Virus record (IMG/VR): IMGVR_UViG_3300020403_000039
Coordinates: 1 to 34,973 of that record
Source: a virus
Lineage: Duplodnaviria; Caudoviricetes
Reading direction: 5' to 3' (one strand)
DNA: 34,973 nt
How positions within the stretch are numbered: position 1 is the first letter of the stretch; each line of letters begins with the position of its first letter. The notes under the pieces were generated by a model, which worked only from the letters and a program-made list of their open reading frames with translations, had not been told where the DNA came from and made no database searches. This document shows, piece by piece, positions 6,731-15,687 of this stretch. The position numbers and the translations under genes are program-made.

Positions 6731-9145
6731 ATGTCGAAGCTTCCTGCCTTCGTTCGTTCACTTCCTGCTGCCTGGGCTACATGCCCCATCTATGGCAAAG
6801 GCGTCAAGCTTCCCTCCGGTAAAGAGGCTTGCGGTAAATCTCCTCTCGGTAAGACGCACCACGAAGATTGGTCTCCTGCTGAGACTGCGCTGCACATTGA
6901 GCGCAACCCTGACCAGTTCAAAGCTGTTGGTGTCTTCACCGGACCACGCAGCAATGGCTTGGTCATTCTTGACATTGACGCCAACCTGGCTCAGCTGAAA
7001 AAGAAGTGGGGCAAAGACCTTGCTGCTGCACCGGTTATTGAGTCAACCAAGATAAATGCAGCCAAGTACCTCTTTTACGTTCCACGGGAGTACTGGGGTG
7101 AGGTTGATGGTCTGAGCCTTAGCGCCAGCAATGAAGGCTGGGAGGTGCTGTGGGGCCGTCAGGGGCTTGTAGGCGGCGCTTACAAGGATCAGGGTGTCTA
7201 TACGCAGGAAGGCGACTTCGAGGCGATTCCAGAGGCTCCTGAGTGGCTTCTGGCATATATGAAGGAGTCTTTTCGTGGCAAGCAAAAGACTGGCGAAGGC
7301 AAAAAGGATCCGCGTTATGGGATGCGCTCCACCGAGGAGCTTTGCCTGATCGTTAAAAACTGCCTGACGGTTGTGCAGCCGCAGGGACGTGGCAGTGAAG
7401 ACCAGTGGTGGCGCATTGGCGCAATGATTCACTCTGAGTTGCCTGGTGATGAGGGGCTCGACTTGTGGCGTGAGTGGTCGCAGCGTGACGATGAGTACGC
7501 CGACGACTGGCAAAACAACGATCCATGCGCTGATCGCTGGGAGTCCGGTTTTAAGTCAGGTGGTGGCTTGGGTTTGGGCAGCTTGATCACGCTGGCTGAT
7601 CACTACGACCCAGATAGAAACCGCTTCGTGAATGACCCTGCTGCAAAGCAGGTGATTGAAGAAATCAACCAGATGGCGGTTTCGTTCCGTCAGGCTGTTC
7701 TTCCGTTTGAGCAGGTCATTGAGAAGGCCAAGAAATATCTGGAGCTGGATAACCCTGCTGAGATGAATTACAACCTCAATAACTTGGCGCTCCAGGCCGG
7801 TTATCGAGACCAGATCTCGCTGGAGAAACTGATTGTTGATCAGATTCAGTTTGAGGGTGCAAAGGGATTAATGGGGGCGCAGGATTTGATGGATAGCGAT
7901 CAGGAACGCAACTACCTGATTCCTGATGTGTTGCCGCACCCCTCTGTGGTGCTGATCTATGGCGCTGGCGGTGATGGCAAGTCCATGTCGGCTTGGACTA
8001 TTGCGAAACACATTGCGACTGGTGCTCCCTTCATCGTCAGGGGTAAGCCCGTTCCAGTTGAAAAAGGTCCGGTGCTGCTGCTGAATGGTGATCAGCCGCT
8101 GGTGCAGCTCAAAGAGCAGCTTCAGGAGGTTGATTACCCGGCAGACAGCGAGACATTCATTCAGACCGATTGGCAGCTTCAGCGGTATGCGCAGTTCGTG
8201 AAGCTGATGCACGACATCAAGCCGAAGCTGGTGGTCATTGACTCGCTGATCGGCTGTAGCGGTGGTCGTGCCTTTGACGAAAACAAGAGCGACTTCGCCA
8301 CGCCGCTGTACTGGCTGACTCGCAACAACGGCGTGCTGTTCCCGGCCACCACGATCCTCATCGTTCACCACGCCAACAAGCAGGGCGGCTTCAGGGGCAC
8401 CTCAGCCATTCGTGACGCTGTAGATGAAACGTGGTCGCTGAAAAAGCCTGACAACGCTATTGGCAGCCTTCCGGCCCATTGCAGGCTCATCACTATTGAA
8501 AAAAGCCGCTCTGGGCGCTCAGGCACTCAACTGGTTATGCGGATGGAAGATGACCTGAGCTTCTCCATCAGTGATTACACGCCTGAGGTTGACTCGGGCA
8601 ACAACGCTCCAAGCAGCATCACCGACCGGGTGCTTCAGCGGTTGCGTGTAATCCATCCTCGAACCGCTACTCGTAGCGATCTCAACGCTGACCCTGTTAT
8701 TGGCGGCAACGTCGCCGCTATTCGCAAATCGCTCCAACGCTTAGAGAAGCGGAATTTGATTGAGGTGGTTGGTTCCGTTCCAACCGGTGATGGGAAGAAC
8801 ACTTCTGATGTCTATAAAGCAGTTCTCGCGTGCGGGGCCCTGCGAGAGAGTGTCCCACCTTCGGAAAACCCTGTTGCTGGAACGGATTTAGGATGGGACA
8901 CCTCGGTTAAAAACGAGGAAGTGTCCCACCTTGCTGGAGCGCAGGACGCCCCTGGAGCGGACGAACCAGATCAAGATGGGACACCTTCTCAAAAAACAGG
9001 TGAGTGTCCCACCTTAAAATCCAGTGCTGAAGCGGGAAGTGCCAAGATGGGACAGCCTGAGCAATATCCCCGCGCGAGGGAGGACGAACGGACCAAGGAT
9101 GAGTTGAATGGGTCTCGTGATCAGGCTTGGAACATGTGGGGTTGA
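6731..9145 (+). CDS. Primase-polymerase / PriCT-2 / RecA-like (AAA_25) helicase fusion
   Basis: LVILDID (prim-pol DxD); WWRIGAMIHSEL..GLDLWREWSQ (PriCT-2); GAGGDGKS Walker A; LVVIDS Walker B; IVHHANK. Confidence 0.88.
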   Translation: MSKLPAFVRSLPAAWATCPIYGKGVKLPSGKEACGKSPLGKTHHEDWSPAETALHIERNPDQFKAVGVFTGPRSNGLVILDIDANLAQLKKKWGKDLAAAPVIESTKINAAKYLFYVPREYWGEVDGLSLSASNEGWEVLWGRQGLVGGAYKDQGVYTQEGDFEAIPEAPEWLLAYMKESFRGKQKTGEGKKDPRYGMRSTEELCLIVKNCLTVVQPQGRGSEDQWWRIGAMIHSELPGDEGLDLWREWSQRDDEYADDWQNNDPCADRWESGFKSGGGLGLGSLITLADHYDPDRNRFVNDPAAKQVIEEINQMAVSFRQAVLPFEQVIEKAKKYLELDNPAEMNYNLNNLALQAGYRDQISLEKLIVDQIQFEGAKGLMGAQDLMDSDQERNYLIPDVLPHPSVVLIYGAGGDGKSMSAWTIAKHIATGAPFIVRGKPVPVEKGPVLLLNGDQPLVQLKEQLQEVDYPADSETFIQTDWQLQRYAQFVKLMHDIKPKLVVIDSLIGCSGGRAFDENKSDFATPLYWLTRNNGVLFPATTILIVHHANKQGGFRGTSAIRDAVDETWSLKKPDNAIGSLPAHCRLITIEKSRSGRSGTQLVMRMEDDLSFSISDYTPEVDSGNNAPSSITDRVLQRLRVIHPRTATRSDLNADPVIGGNVAAIRKSLQRLEKRNLIEVVGSVPTGDGKNTSDVYKAVLACGALRESVPPSENPVAGTDLGWDTSVKNEEVSHLAGAQDAPGADEPDQDGTPSQKTGECPTLKSSAEAGSAKMGQPEQYPRAREDERTKDELNGSRDQAWNMWG
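8825..9078. repeat. Iteron-like array (candidate replication origin) inside the primase-helicase gene
   Basis: AGTGTCCCACCTT at 8849, 8920 and 9003 alternates with inverted GATGGGACA(CCT) at 8892, 8975 and 9046; outer imperfect inverted repeat at 8825-8837 and 9068-9078. Confidence 0.75.
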
Positions 9146-9194
9146 CACAAGTTCTGGGTTGTACTACAAAAAGAGGGTCCTAACGGGCCCTTTT
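9142..9194 (+). promoter_or_regulatory. TTGACA-17-TACAAA promoter followed by hairpin
   Basis: Perfect -35; hairpin AAGAGGGTCC-TAAC-GGGCCCTTTT at 9171-9194, which may also terminate primase transcripts. Confidence 0.5.
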
Positions 9195-9207
9195 ACCTCA
9201 TTAAAAA

Positions 9208-9906
9208 ATGACTCGACTTACTTTTCACTCTGGCGAGTACCAAGTTCCCGATGAATGGAACGACCCTGAATGGATTATGAAGTTCAGCAACTTTCCTGAT
9301 CCTAAGTTTTTTCATTTGAGAAATGAATATGATTGGGAAAACAAAAACGATAAAGGACTCCTTTATGGGTACATAAAGCATTTGGCAGGGACTGAATACG
9401 CTAGAGACATTTACCAGCCTTTCAATCTTCCTGAAAAACCAAAAAGAGAGTACAGCGGCAGCCCTCACGCATATTTTTTGTTTGCTAAAGGGACGGCAAC
9501 ACTGTTAAATAAGCCAAGTTTGATTAGAAAACCTTACTTCAAATGCTTGTCTGGGAGCGACATTATCAACTTTGTAAATAAAGTACCCATTAAAGATCTG
9601 TTTCCTAACAGCTGGGACTGCCACCGCATTTTTTCTAGGTTAGACGCGAGTAAAAATATCATTCCTATGAAATACTCTGCTTTATACGCTAGAACTTTTA
9701 ATGCAACATCTGGCGTACTTAATGACGATGTAATAAGCACTAAAGATAGAGAACCCGCTTTAACCCAATGCAAAATTTGTAAAGGCATATATGAGCTGAC
9801 TGGTTCGGCTACCTACACTATGGAGCAAAACGCTTTTTCTTATAAATACGCTAAGAGAACACTTGAGAGGCAAAAAGCAGAACGTGCCAAGTTAGAAAAC
9901 CTGTAA
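9208..9906 (+). CDS. AT-rich hypothetical protein (moron-like)
   Basis: 232 aa; visibly more AT-rich than flanks; single CKIC motif. Confidence 0.75.
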   Translation: MTRLTFHSGEYQVPDEWNDPEWIMKFSNFPDPKFFHLRNEYDWENKNDKGLLYGYIKHLAGTEYARDIYQPFNLPEKPKREYSGSPHAYFLFAKGTATLLNKPSLIRKPYFKCLSGSDIINFVNKVPIKDLFPNSWDCHRIFSRLDASKNIIPMKYSALYARTFNATSGVLNDDVISTKDREPALTQCKICKGIYELTGSATYTMEQNAFSYKYAKRTLERQKAERAKLENL

Positions 9907-9946
9907 TATGTCTACTATTACTTTCTGTACTACTTAAACCCAGTCT

Positions 9947-10240
9947 ATGTCCTACGACATCACAATTCCTGACAAAGTCCTCAATGCTGCTGATCGACTC
10001 ACACTGAAAGACTTATTGGACTCACCCGCATTCAACATTTATTTGGTGAGTGCCATCGGCAACAGCCTTCAGACGTACCACAAGTTCATGGAAGTTATTG
10101 ATGAGCGTGACGAGTTTTTGATGTTCCGCCTGGATCAAATTTTCAAGGGCATCCCATACGAAACACGCAGGGCTTGCTTCGATGAGGTGGGGCGTCTGTA
10201 CCGCGAGAAGCGTGATGAGCGCCAAAACCAACTGCGCTAG
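9947..10240 (+). CDS. Hypothetical protein
   Basis: 97 aa ORF with phage-typical codon use. Confidence 0.7.
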   Translation: MSYDITIPDKVLNAADRLTLKDLLDSPAFNIYLVSAIGNSLQTYHKFMEVIDERDEFLMFRLDQIFKGIPYETRRACFDEVGRLYREKRDERQNQLR

Positions 10241-10419
10241 CGCCCTTCTTGCGCCTCACTAGGTAGCCAACCTTTTTTCACCATTTGATTGATGGTGTCT
10301 TGTTGGTGGAGGTAGAGCTGCATCAGTTTCACTGACATCTGCTGCAGCTCGCCTATATCTGTGCAACCCTCGATCTTGTTGCGGAAGCGCTGGAGCGCAA
10401 AGCTTCGGTGCATCTCCAT
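10237..10419 (-). CDS. nblA: NblA-like phycobilisome degradation adaptor
   Basis: 60 aa; SFALQRFRNKI..TDIGELQQMSVKLMQLYLHQQDTINQMVKKGW fits the two-helix NblA pattern by eye; RBS GAGGTGG. Confidence 0.6.
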   Translation of the reverse strand: MEMHRSFALQRFRNKIEGCTDIGELQQMSVKLMQLYLHQQDTINQMVKKGWLPSEAQEGR

Positions 10420-10496
10420 CGTCCCACCTCAATAACTACTACATTTTGTCCCGCTTCTTAAATACCGGCCACACTGGTAAAAGGCCGAGGCGTCCA

Positions 10497-10751
10497 ATGG
10501 AGCTTACGACCATCACTTACTACACAGTTTCTGAGGTCGAAGGCTTCCTTGCTGTGGTTCGATATACCGCCTACAACCCGGACGGATTGCCGGAAGCTAT
10601 CTGCGAAGATTTTTATGCAGACGATCCAGACGAGTTTTGCAGGCTTGAGGAAGACGTTGAAAAAGCGCTCAACGGCGGCATCGATACCTCCATAATGAGT
10701 TCTTACGAATCAGACACTTTCCCTGTCATCAACACCTTTCTCACGTTCTGA
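10497..10751 (+). CDS. Highly acidic hypothetical protein
   Basis: ATG 10497 after GAGG; 84 aa with about 18 D/E versus 3 K/R. Confidence 0.7.
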   Translation: MELTTITYYTVSEVEGFLAVVRYTAYNPDGLPEAICEDFYADDPDEFCRLEEDVEKALNGGIDTSIMSSYESDTFPVINTFLTF

Positions 10752-10787
10752 CGTGCTACATTTGACGAGTCCCTGCCAGACTAGGCA

Positions 10788-11048
10788 ATGACCGACACCT
10801 TGATTGAGCTTCAAAGCTACGAGCTTGTCGAAGGCCCCTGCGGTTACTTCGCTCGTTTCGTCGCCACCATCGCTGACGTCATCCAAACGTCACCTGCAAC
10901 ACGCTACGACCCACCGGAGTTCGGCAGTGCTACTTGCTGTGGCTCGACGCCCATCGGTGATGACGAGCCGCTACCTAAAACTGAACAGCAGTTTGTTGAC
11001 CTTGCACGCGAGGTTGACGACTGGCAACCCATTGAGGACCTCTACTAA
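10788..11048 (+). CDS. Acidic hypothetical protein
   Basis: 86 aa with PATRYDPPEFG motif; upstream TACATT -10. Confidence 0.75.
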   Translation: MTDTLIELQSYELVEGPCGYFARFVATIADVIQTSPATRYDPPEFGSATCCGSTPIGDDEPLPKTEQQFVDLAREVDDWQPIEDLY

Positions 11049-11296
11049 TGAACGACACCAGCTACATGGGCCGCAAAAAGCGGTATGACCAGTTTCCGTT
11101 TCAGGTGCAAGCTTGGCGTGAAGGCTGTTGGAACGTTGTGAGCTGCCACAAGACAGCTGTTACTGCTCAAAAAGGTCTCGCACAAATCCGCAAGTGCCAG
11201 CCTGGCTCACCTCACCTCTACCGCCAAGTTCACTGCACAAGCGACGACTACATCTGGGTCGATCCAGCCAGCAAACAAGCGCTTAAAGCATCATGA
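11048..11296 (+). CDS. Hypothetical protein
   Basis: TAATG-coupled ORF of 82 aa. Confidence 0.65.
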   Translation: MNDTSYMGRKKRYDQFPFQVQAWREGCWNVVSCHKTAVTAQKGLAQIRKCQPGSPHLYRQVHCTSDDYIWVDPASKQALKAS

Positions 11297-11598
11297 TTAT
11301 CTCCACCTACAAAGACGAATGCCCCTTCTACGCTCCAACGCGCTGGTCGCGTGAGGTGTCTGGTACGCCTGAGTTCATTCACACCATTCGTGAAGCTATG
11401 GAAGAAAGCGTCGATTACGTCGGTGTTTTCGATAATGCGGGTGTTTGCAAAGGTATTTGGTGCCGTGAAGCTGATGTGGACTTTGGGGAAGGTGAGTGCT
11501 ACGACGTTATGTATGTCGTCAATCAGTACTACGTCCTAGAACGACCCAATAGCAGTTTCAGCTTTGGTCATGCCCTTAAACGACTCGCCATCGAATGA
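11293..11598 (+). CDS. Hypothetical protein
   Basis: ATGA-coupled ORF of 101 aa. Confidence 0.65.
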   Translation: MIISTYKDECPFYAPTRWSREVSGTPEFIHTIREAMEESVDYVGVFDNAGVCKGIWCREADVDFGEGECYDVMYVVNQYYVLERPNSSFSFGHALKRLAIE

Positions 11599-11881
11599 CC
11601 TAGTCAATTCACCGGCTCACTACACGCAAGGCCGGTTTGAAGCGATTGATGTTATCGAAGATGTCATTCGCCACGCACCAGACCCGATTAGCGGTATGTT
11701 GCTTGGGAACACGTTGAAGTACTTGCTTCGCGTGTGGTTTAAAGCTTGTCCGCACCAGGACGCCAAAAAAGCTCGTTGGTATCTCGACCGCCTGATCCAG
11801 CATTTGGAATCAGAACAAGCGGCTGAGCTGTACAAGCGCCTCGAAGACAATCCACCGCCTTTCGATGACCCGCTGCAATGA
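11570..11881 (+). CDS. DUF3310 protein (T7 gp1.7/SaV-like nucleotide kinase family)
   Basis: DLVNSPAHYTQG.FEAIDVI...GNTLKYLLR...DAKKARWYLDRLI signature. Confidence 0.88.
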   Translation: MPLNDSPSNDLVNSPAHYTQGRFEAIDVIEDVIRHAPDPISGMLLGNTLKYLLRVWFKACPHQDAKKARWYLDRLIQHLESEQAAELYKRLEDNPPPFDDPLQ

Positions 11882-12048
11882 CCACGCCTCTTTTTGACAA
11901 TTCGCTCGAAGACCTCTCAACTGAGAAAAAAATCTTCGTTGCACGTACCAACGCCAATTGGTACCTCGATGACTCCGGCTGGTACGCACCAGATGGGACT
12001 CATGAGTCTGACTGGCAAGGCGTATTTCCTGAAGAGCACCTTTTTTAA
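11878..12048 (+). CDS. Small acidic hypothetical protein (56 aa)
   Basis: Manual translation MTTPLFDNSLEDLSTEKKIFVARTNANWYLDDSGWYAPDG...; abuts both neighbours. Confidence 0.65.
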   Translation: MTTPLFDNSLEDLSTEKKIFVARTNANWYLDDSGWYAPDGTHESDWQGVFPEEHLF

Positions 12049-13977
12049 ATGACCTACACAACCTATTTCGGCGTCGAGCATCTCGACAAAATTTCTACTG
12101 CCACTGTGATTGCGCTGGATACGGAGACGTGCCAGCTGCAGCCAGAAATTGGCAAGCTCCGGTTGCTGCAGCTTGGCGCTGAGTCGACTAAGTCAATCGT
12201 TGTGATTGATATGTTCGACTGCGACGAGGAAGCGAACCACAAGCTTGATCTCTTTTTTGAAAACGGTGATCGCCACTGGTTCGCGCACAATGCTGTGTTC
12301 GACTTGGCGTGGTTGCAGGAAAACGGTTTCAAGCCGCATGGCCGGTTCTACTGCACCATGCTCGCCAGCAAACTGCTCAACAACGGCATCCCAAACCTGA
12401 AGCATGGCCTAGCTCATCTAGCCAAGCGTTATCTCGACAAAGACATTTCGAAAGAACAGCAGGCGTCTGATTGGGGCGCACCAGTCCTGTCGAAAGAGCA
12501 GCTTGAATATGCTGCTAAAGATGTCGAGACTTTGCTTGAGTTAGACGCAATTCTTCCTGGGAAGATTGCTGCGGCAGGTTTAGACCCTGCTTACTCACTC
12601 GAATGCAAGGCTCTTCCGGCAATGGCGCACATGTGGCGCACCGGGTTGCCGTGGAATCGTTCCAGCCTTGAACAACTTCGTAAGGATTATGAGCATGACA
12701 TTGCTGCGCTTTCTAAGGACTTTCTCTACGAGCTTGACGAAGCCCTTCCGGCGGAACACAAGTTGCCAAGAGAAACAGATGCTCGATTGGCTTATCTCAA
12801 AGAGAAACTCACAGAAATGGGTAATGATGACGTACTTAGAGACAAGTGGTTCAAAGAAATTGATGATATTGAAACTTCCCCGGCGGTATTTAACTTACGA
12901 CCCAAGGATGAAGGCAGCATTAGGCTGGGAACCAAAAAGTACAAAGGGTTTAATATCAGTTCACCAAAACAGCTTTTGGAGAAATTCACGGCGTTACTCG
13001 GTGAGCAGCCCATCGACGCAAAAACCGGCAAACCGAGTGCGAGCAGAACTGCTCTTCAGGCTTACGCAGCTGACCACCACGTTGTCCAGACCTACTTGGC
13101 TTGGAAGAAAGCTGAAAAGCGCCGCCAAATGGTGGACTCAATCTTTGAAAAACTTGATCCCGATGGTTTTGTTCGTGCCAGCTATTTGCAGCTCGGAGCC
13201 GAAAGTGGGCGAATGTCCTGCATCAAACCCAACAACCAGCAAATCCCCAGAGACGAAGCGTTCCGTCAGTGTGTTGAAGCTCCTGATGGTTGGCTTCTTG
13301 TGGATGCTGATTTTGGTCAAATGGAACTTCGACTGGCTGCTGCAGTCGCGGAAGATGAACGCATGATCAAAGCGTTCCAGGACGGTGAAGACCTGCACAC
13401 CGTCACTGCGGAAGCTATTGGTTGCAGCCGTCAAATTGCAAAGTCAGCAAATTTTGGCCTGCTGTATGGCAGTGGTGCGAAGGGTTTGCGGAACTACGCG
13501 GCTGGTGTTGGCGTCACCATGCCGGTTGAAGAGGCAGCTGAAATCCGTAAGCAGTGGCTCGATACGTACCAGGGCATTGCGGAATGGCAGCGGGAAAATG
13601 GTCGCCTTGCGGAAGAAACTGAGGGCAATCAGTGGGCGCAGATCCGTATTCCGAAGTCGAACATGCGGCGGTTTTTGCCGGGTGACATGAATCGGCTGAC
13701 GGTAAGGTGCAACACGCCGATCCAAGGCGCTGGTGCGGCCATCCTTAAATGCGCTCTTGGCAATTTGTGGACTGAGCTGGTGAAGGTTGGTGAGGTCGAG
13801 GCCAAGATTGCCGCCTGTATTCATGACGAAATTTTGTTGCTCGTCAAGGAAGACAAGGCTGAGGGGTGGGCTGCGAAGCTAAAACGAATAATGGAGGACG
13901 CGGAAGCAATGTGGCTTGGCGATATTCCGCCGCTTGCTGAGCCGTCTATCGGTAAACGTTGGTCGGAGATTCACTGA
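12049..13977 (+). CDS. polA: Family A DNA polymerase with 3'-5' exonuclease
   Basis: Exo motifs DTET, HNAVFD and YAAKD; motif A DADFGQMELR, motif B RQIAKSANFGLLYG, motif C IHDE. Confidence 0.97.
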   Translation: MTYTTYFGVEHLDKISTATVIALDTETCQLQPEIGKLRLLQLGAESTKSIVVIDMFDCDEEANHKLDLFFENGDRHWFAHNAVFDLAWLQENGFKPHGRFYCTMLASKLLNNGIPNLKHGLAHLAKRYLDKDISKEQQASDWGAPVLSKEQLEYAAKDVETLLELDAILPGKIAAAGLDPAYSLECKALPAMAHMWRTGLPWNRSSLEQLRKDYEHDIAALSKDFLYELDEALPAEHKLPRETDARLAYLKEKLTEMGNDDVLRDKWFKEIDDIETSPAVFNLRPKDEGSIRLGTKKYKGFNISSPKQLLEKFTALLGEQPIDAKTGKPSASRTALQAYAADHHVVQTYLAWKKAEKRRQMVDSIFEKLDPDGFVRASYLQLGAESGRMSCIKPNNQQIPRDEAFRQCVEAPDGWLLVDADFGQMELRLAAAVAEDERMIKAFQDGEDLHTVTAEAIGCSRQIAKSANFGLLYGSGAKGLRNYAAGVGVTMPVEEAAEIRKQWLDTYQGIAEWQRENGRLAEETEGNQWAQIRIPKSNMRRFLPGDMNRLTVRCNTPIQGAGAAILKCALGNLWTELVKVGEVEAKIAACIHDEILLLVKEDKAEGWAAKLKRIMEDAEAMWLGDIPPLAEPSIGKRWSEIH

Positions 13978-13978
13978 C

Positions 13979-14167
13979 ATGGTCAGCATCCATCACACGT
14001 CCCAGGGCTGGACTTTGGTGCGTTCAGAAAATCTGGGCTACTACACTTCGCTTGGGGATGTGATGGATGCGGCTTATGCGGCCACTAACGGGACGGGAAA
14101 TAATGCTGCGATACCTGCAGTACGAAATCAAACGTGCCACGACAGCGGATCTACAGCGTGCGGCTGA
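13979..14167 (+). CDS. Hypothetical protein
   Basis: ATG 1 nt after the polA stop; long overlap with the next gene lowers confidence. Confidence 0.45.
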   Translation: MVSIHHTSQGWTLVRSENLGYYTSLGDVMDAAYAATNGTGNNAAIPAVRNQTCHDSGSTACG

Positions 14168-14282
14168 GTTTTTAGAAGGCGCAAGACATATACGAGAAGG
14201 CTGCACTAAGCAACGGCGTGAGTCTCGTAAGTCTCAGGCGCAGGGGTGGCGGAAACATGTGGATGAATCGATTAGTTGGTAG
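14076..14282 (+). CDS. Hypothetical protein
   Basis: Basic helical 68-aa ORF. Confidence 0.6.
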   Translation: MRPLTGREIMLRYLQYEIKRATTADLQRAAEFLEGARHIREGCTKQRRESRKSQAQGWRKHVDESISW

Positions 14283-14320
14283 CACATTGTTAGACTGCGC
14301 TGTACTAAAGAGTAAGGTTG

Positions 14321-14584
14321 ATGGCGATTCGGCACGGGAATAAGACGTACCTGCAGATTTTGTTGGATCCCAATCGTGCTCAGCTGTTGATGCAGTTGGC
14401 TGAGTCGCAGAAAGTACGTCCCACCGCCTGGATTCGAGACATGGTGTACAAGCAGTTGGAGCTTTGTTTTTCGGCGGATGAGTATGCCGAGGCTTTTGAG
14501 GCGGACAAAAAGGTGTGGGACGAGTCGATCCAGCGCAGAGTTGAGGGAAGGGCGAGACTCAAAAAAGAAGTAAAAGAAAGCTGA
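14321..14584 (+). CDS. Possible ribbon-helix-helix DNA-binding protein
   Basis: YLQILLD strand plus two helices; TAGACT -10 at 14291. Confidence 0.6.
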   Translation: MAIRHGNKTYLQILLDPNRAQLLMQLAESQKVRPTAWIRDMVYKQLELCFSADEYAEAFEADKKVWDESIQRRVEGRARLKKEVKES

Positions 14585-14640
14585 CATCGGTTGCAGACAC
14601 TGTCTACTGTGATATTTTACATGGGTACTCAAAACGTCCC

Positions 14641-14835
14641 ATGCGGTACGCTCTTTCACTTCAAAACAACACGTTTTTAGCCGCTTGCTACGAAGCGACT
14701 GGCAGCGGGATTATGCTCACGACCAATGCTGAAGACGCTTGTTCCTATGTCACGCTTGAAAAAGCGTTGGCTGTGGCTCAGGCAGTTAGTCAAAGCGTTG
14801 GTCAAGTACCTGCAGTGATTGAAGTCGGTTATTGA
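14641..14835 (+). CDS. Hypothetical protein
   Basis: 64 aa ORF immediately before the sigma gene. Confidence 0.6.
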   Translation: MRYALSLQNNTFLAACYEATGSGIMLTTNAEDACSYVTLEKALAVAQAVSQSVGQVPAVIEVGY

Positions 14836-14836
14836 T

Positions 14837-15682
14837 ATGGAGAGTTTTAGTGCCTACTTAAGAGATATCGGTAGGTACCCACTGCTTACCAAAGACCAAG
14901 AAATTATCTTGGCGCGTCAGGTTCAAGATTGGGTTCATGGTGAAAATCCTTCGCCGCGTGTTGTTAAGCGAGGGGAGCGTGCGTACCAGAAACTGATCAA
15001 CTGCAATTTGCGCCTGGTGGTGTCGATTGCCAAGCGGTATACAAATAAGTGCAAGCGCAGTGAACTGTCTGACCTTGTGCAGGAAGGCACCATGGGGCTT
15101 GCTCATGGCGTTAAAAAGTTCGATCCAGAGCGTGGTTATGCGCTTTCCACTTATGTGTATTGGTGGATTAGGCAAAGCATCACAAGGTATTTGGCTACTT
15201 ACGACCGTGTTATTCGGCTGCCGTCCCACGCAGTGGAGCTTTTGACTAAGCTGCGCAACTGGACGCCGATGTTCGAGAACACGCATGGCCGTAAGCCGAC
15301 CATCCAGGAGTGCGCAGAATTTTGCAAGATCAGCGCACCAAGGCTGCAGGAGTACCTCGACAGATCCAATGACGCGATAAGCCTTGACGCTCGTGTGAGT
15401 AGCACAGAAGATGACGTGCTGCTAATCGATAGTGTCTCTTCTGATATTGATGTCTTTGATGATGTCTCTTGGGGTATCGACCTCGAAAAAGTGGAGAGCA
15501 TTCTTTGCAGGCTGCAGCCCAGAGAAAGGTATGTGGTTGAGTGCTCCCTTGGCCTTGGTACGAATCCACCGATGACGTTCCAGGCAATTTCCAAGGAGCT
15601 TGGGATTTCGAGGGAACGCACTCGCAATATTTTTCACGGTTCTGTCCGCAAGCTGCGGGTGTACTTTCGCAAGGTTGACTGA
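14837..15682 (+). CDS. rpoD: RpoD/sigma70-family RNA polymerase sigma factor
   Basis: YLRDIGRYPLLT (region 1.2), NLRLVVSIAKRY and DLVQEG..KFDPERGY..STYVYWWIRQ (region 2), ISRERTRNI (region 4). Confidence 0.95.
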   Translation: MESFSAYLRDIGRYPLLTKDQEIILARQVQDWVHGENPSPRVVKRGERAYQKLINCNLRLVVSIAKRYTNKCKRSELSDLVQEGTMGLAHGVKKFDPERGYALSTYVYWWIRQSITRYLATYDRVIRLPSHAVELLTKLRNWTPMFENTHGRKPTIQECAEFCKISAPRLQEYLDRSNDAISLDARVSSTEDDVLLIDSVSSDIDVFDDVSWGIDLEKVESILCRLQPRERYVVECSLGLGTNPPMTFQAISKELGISRERTRNIFHGSVRKLRVYFRKVD

Positions 15683-15687
15683 GTCTG

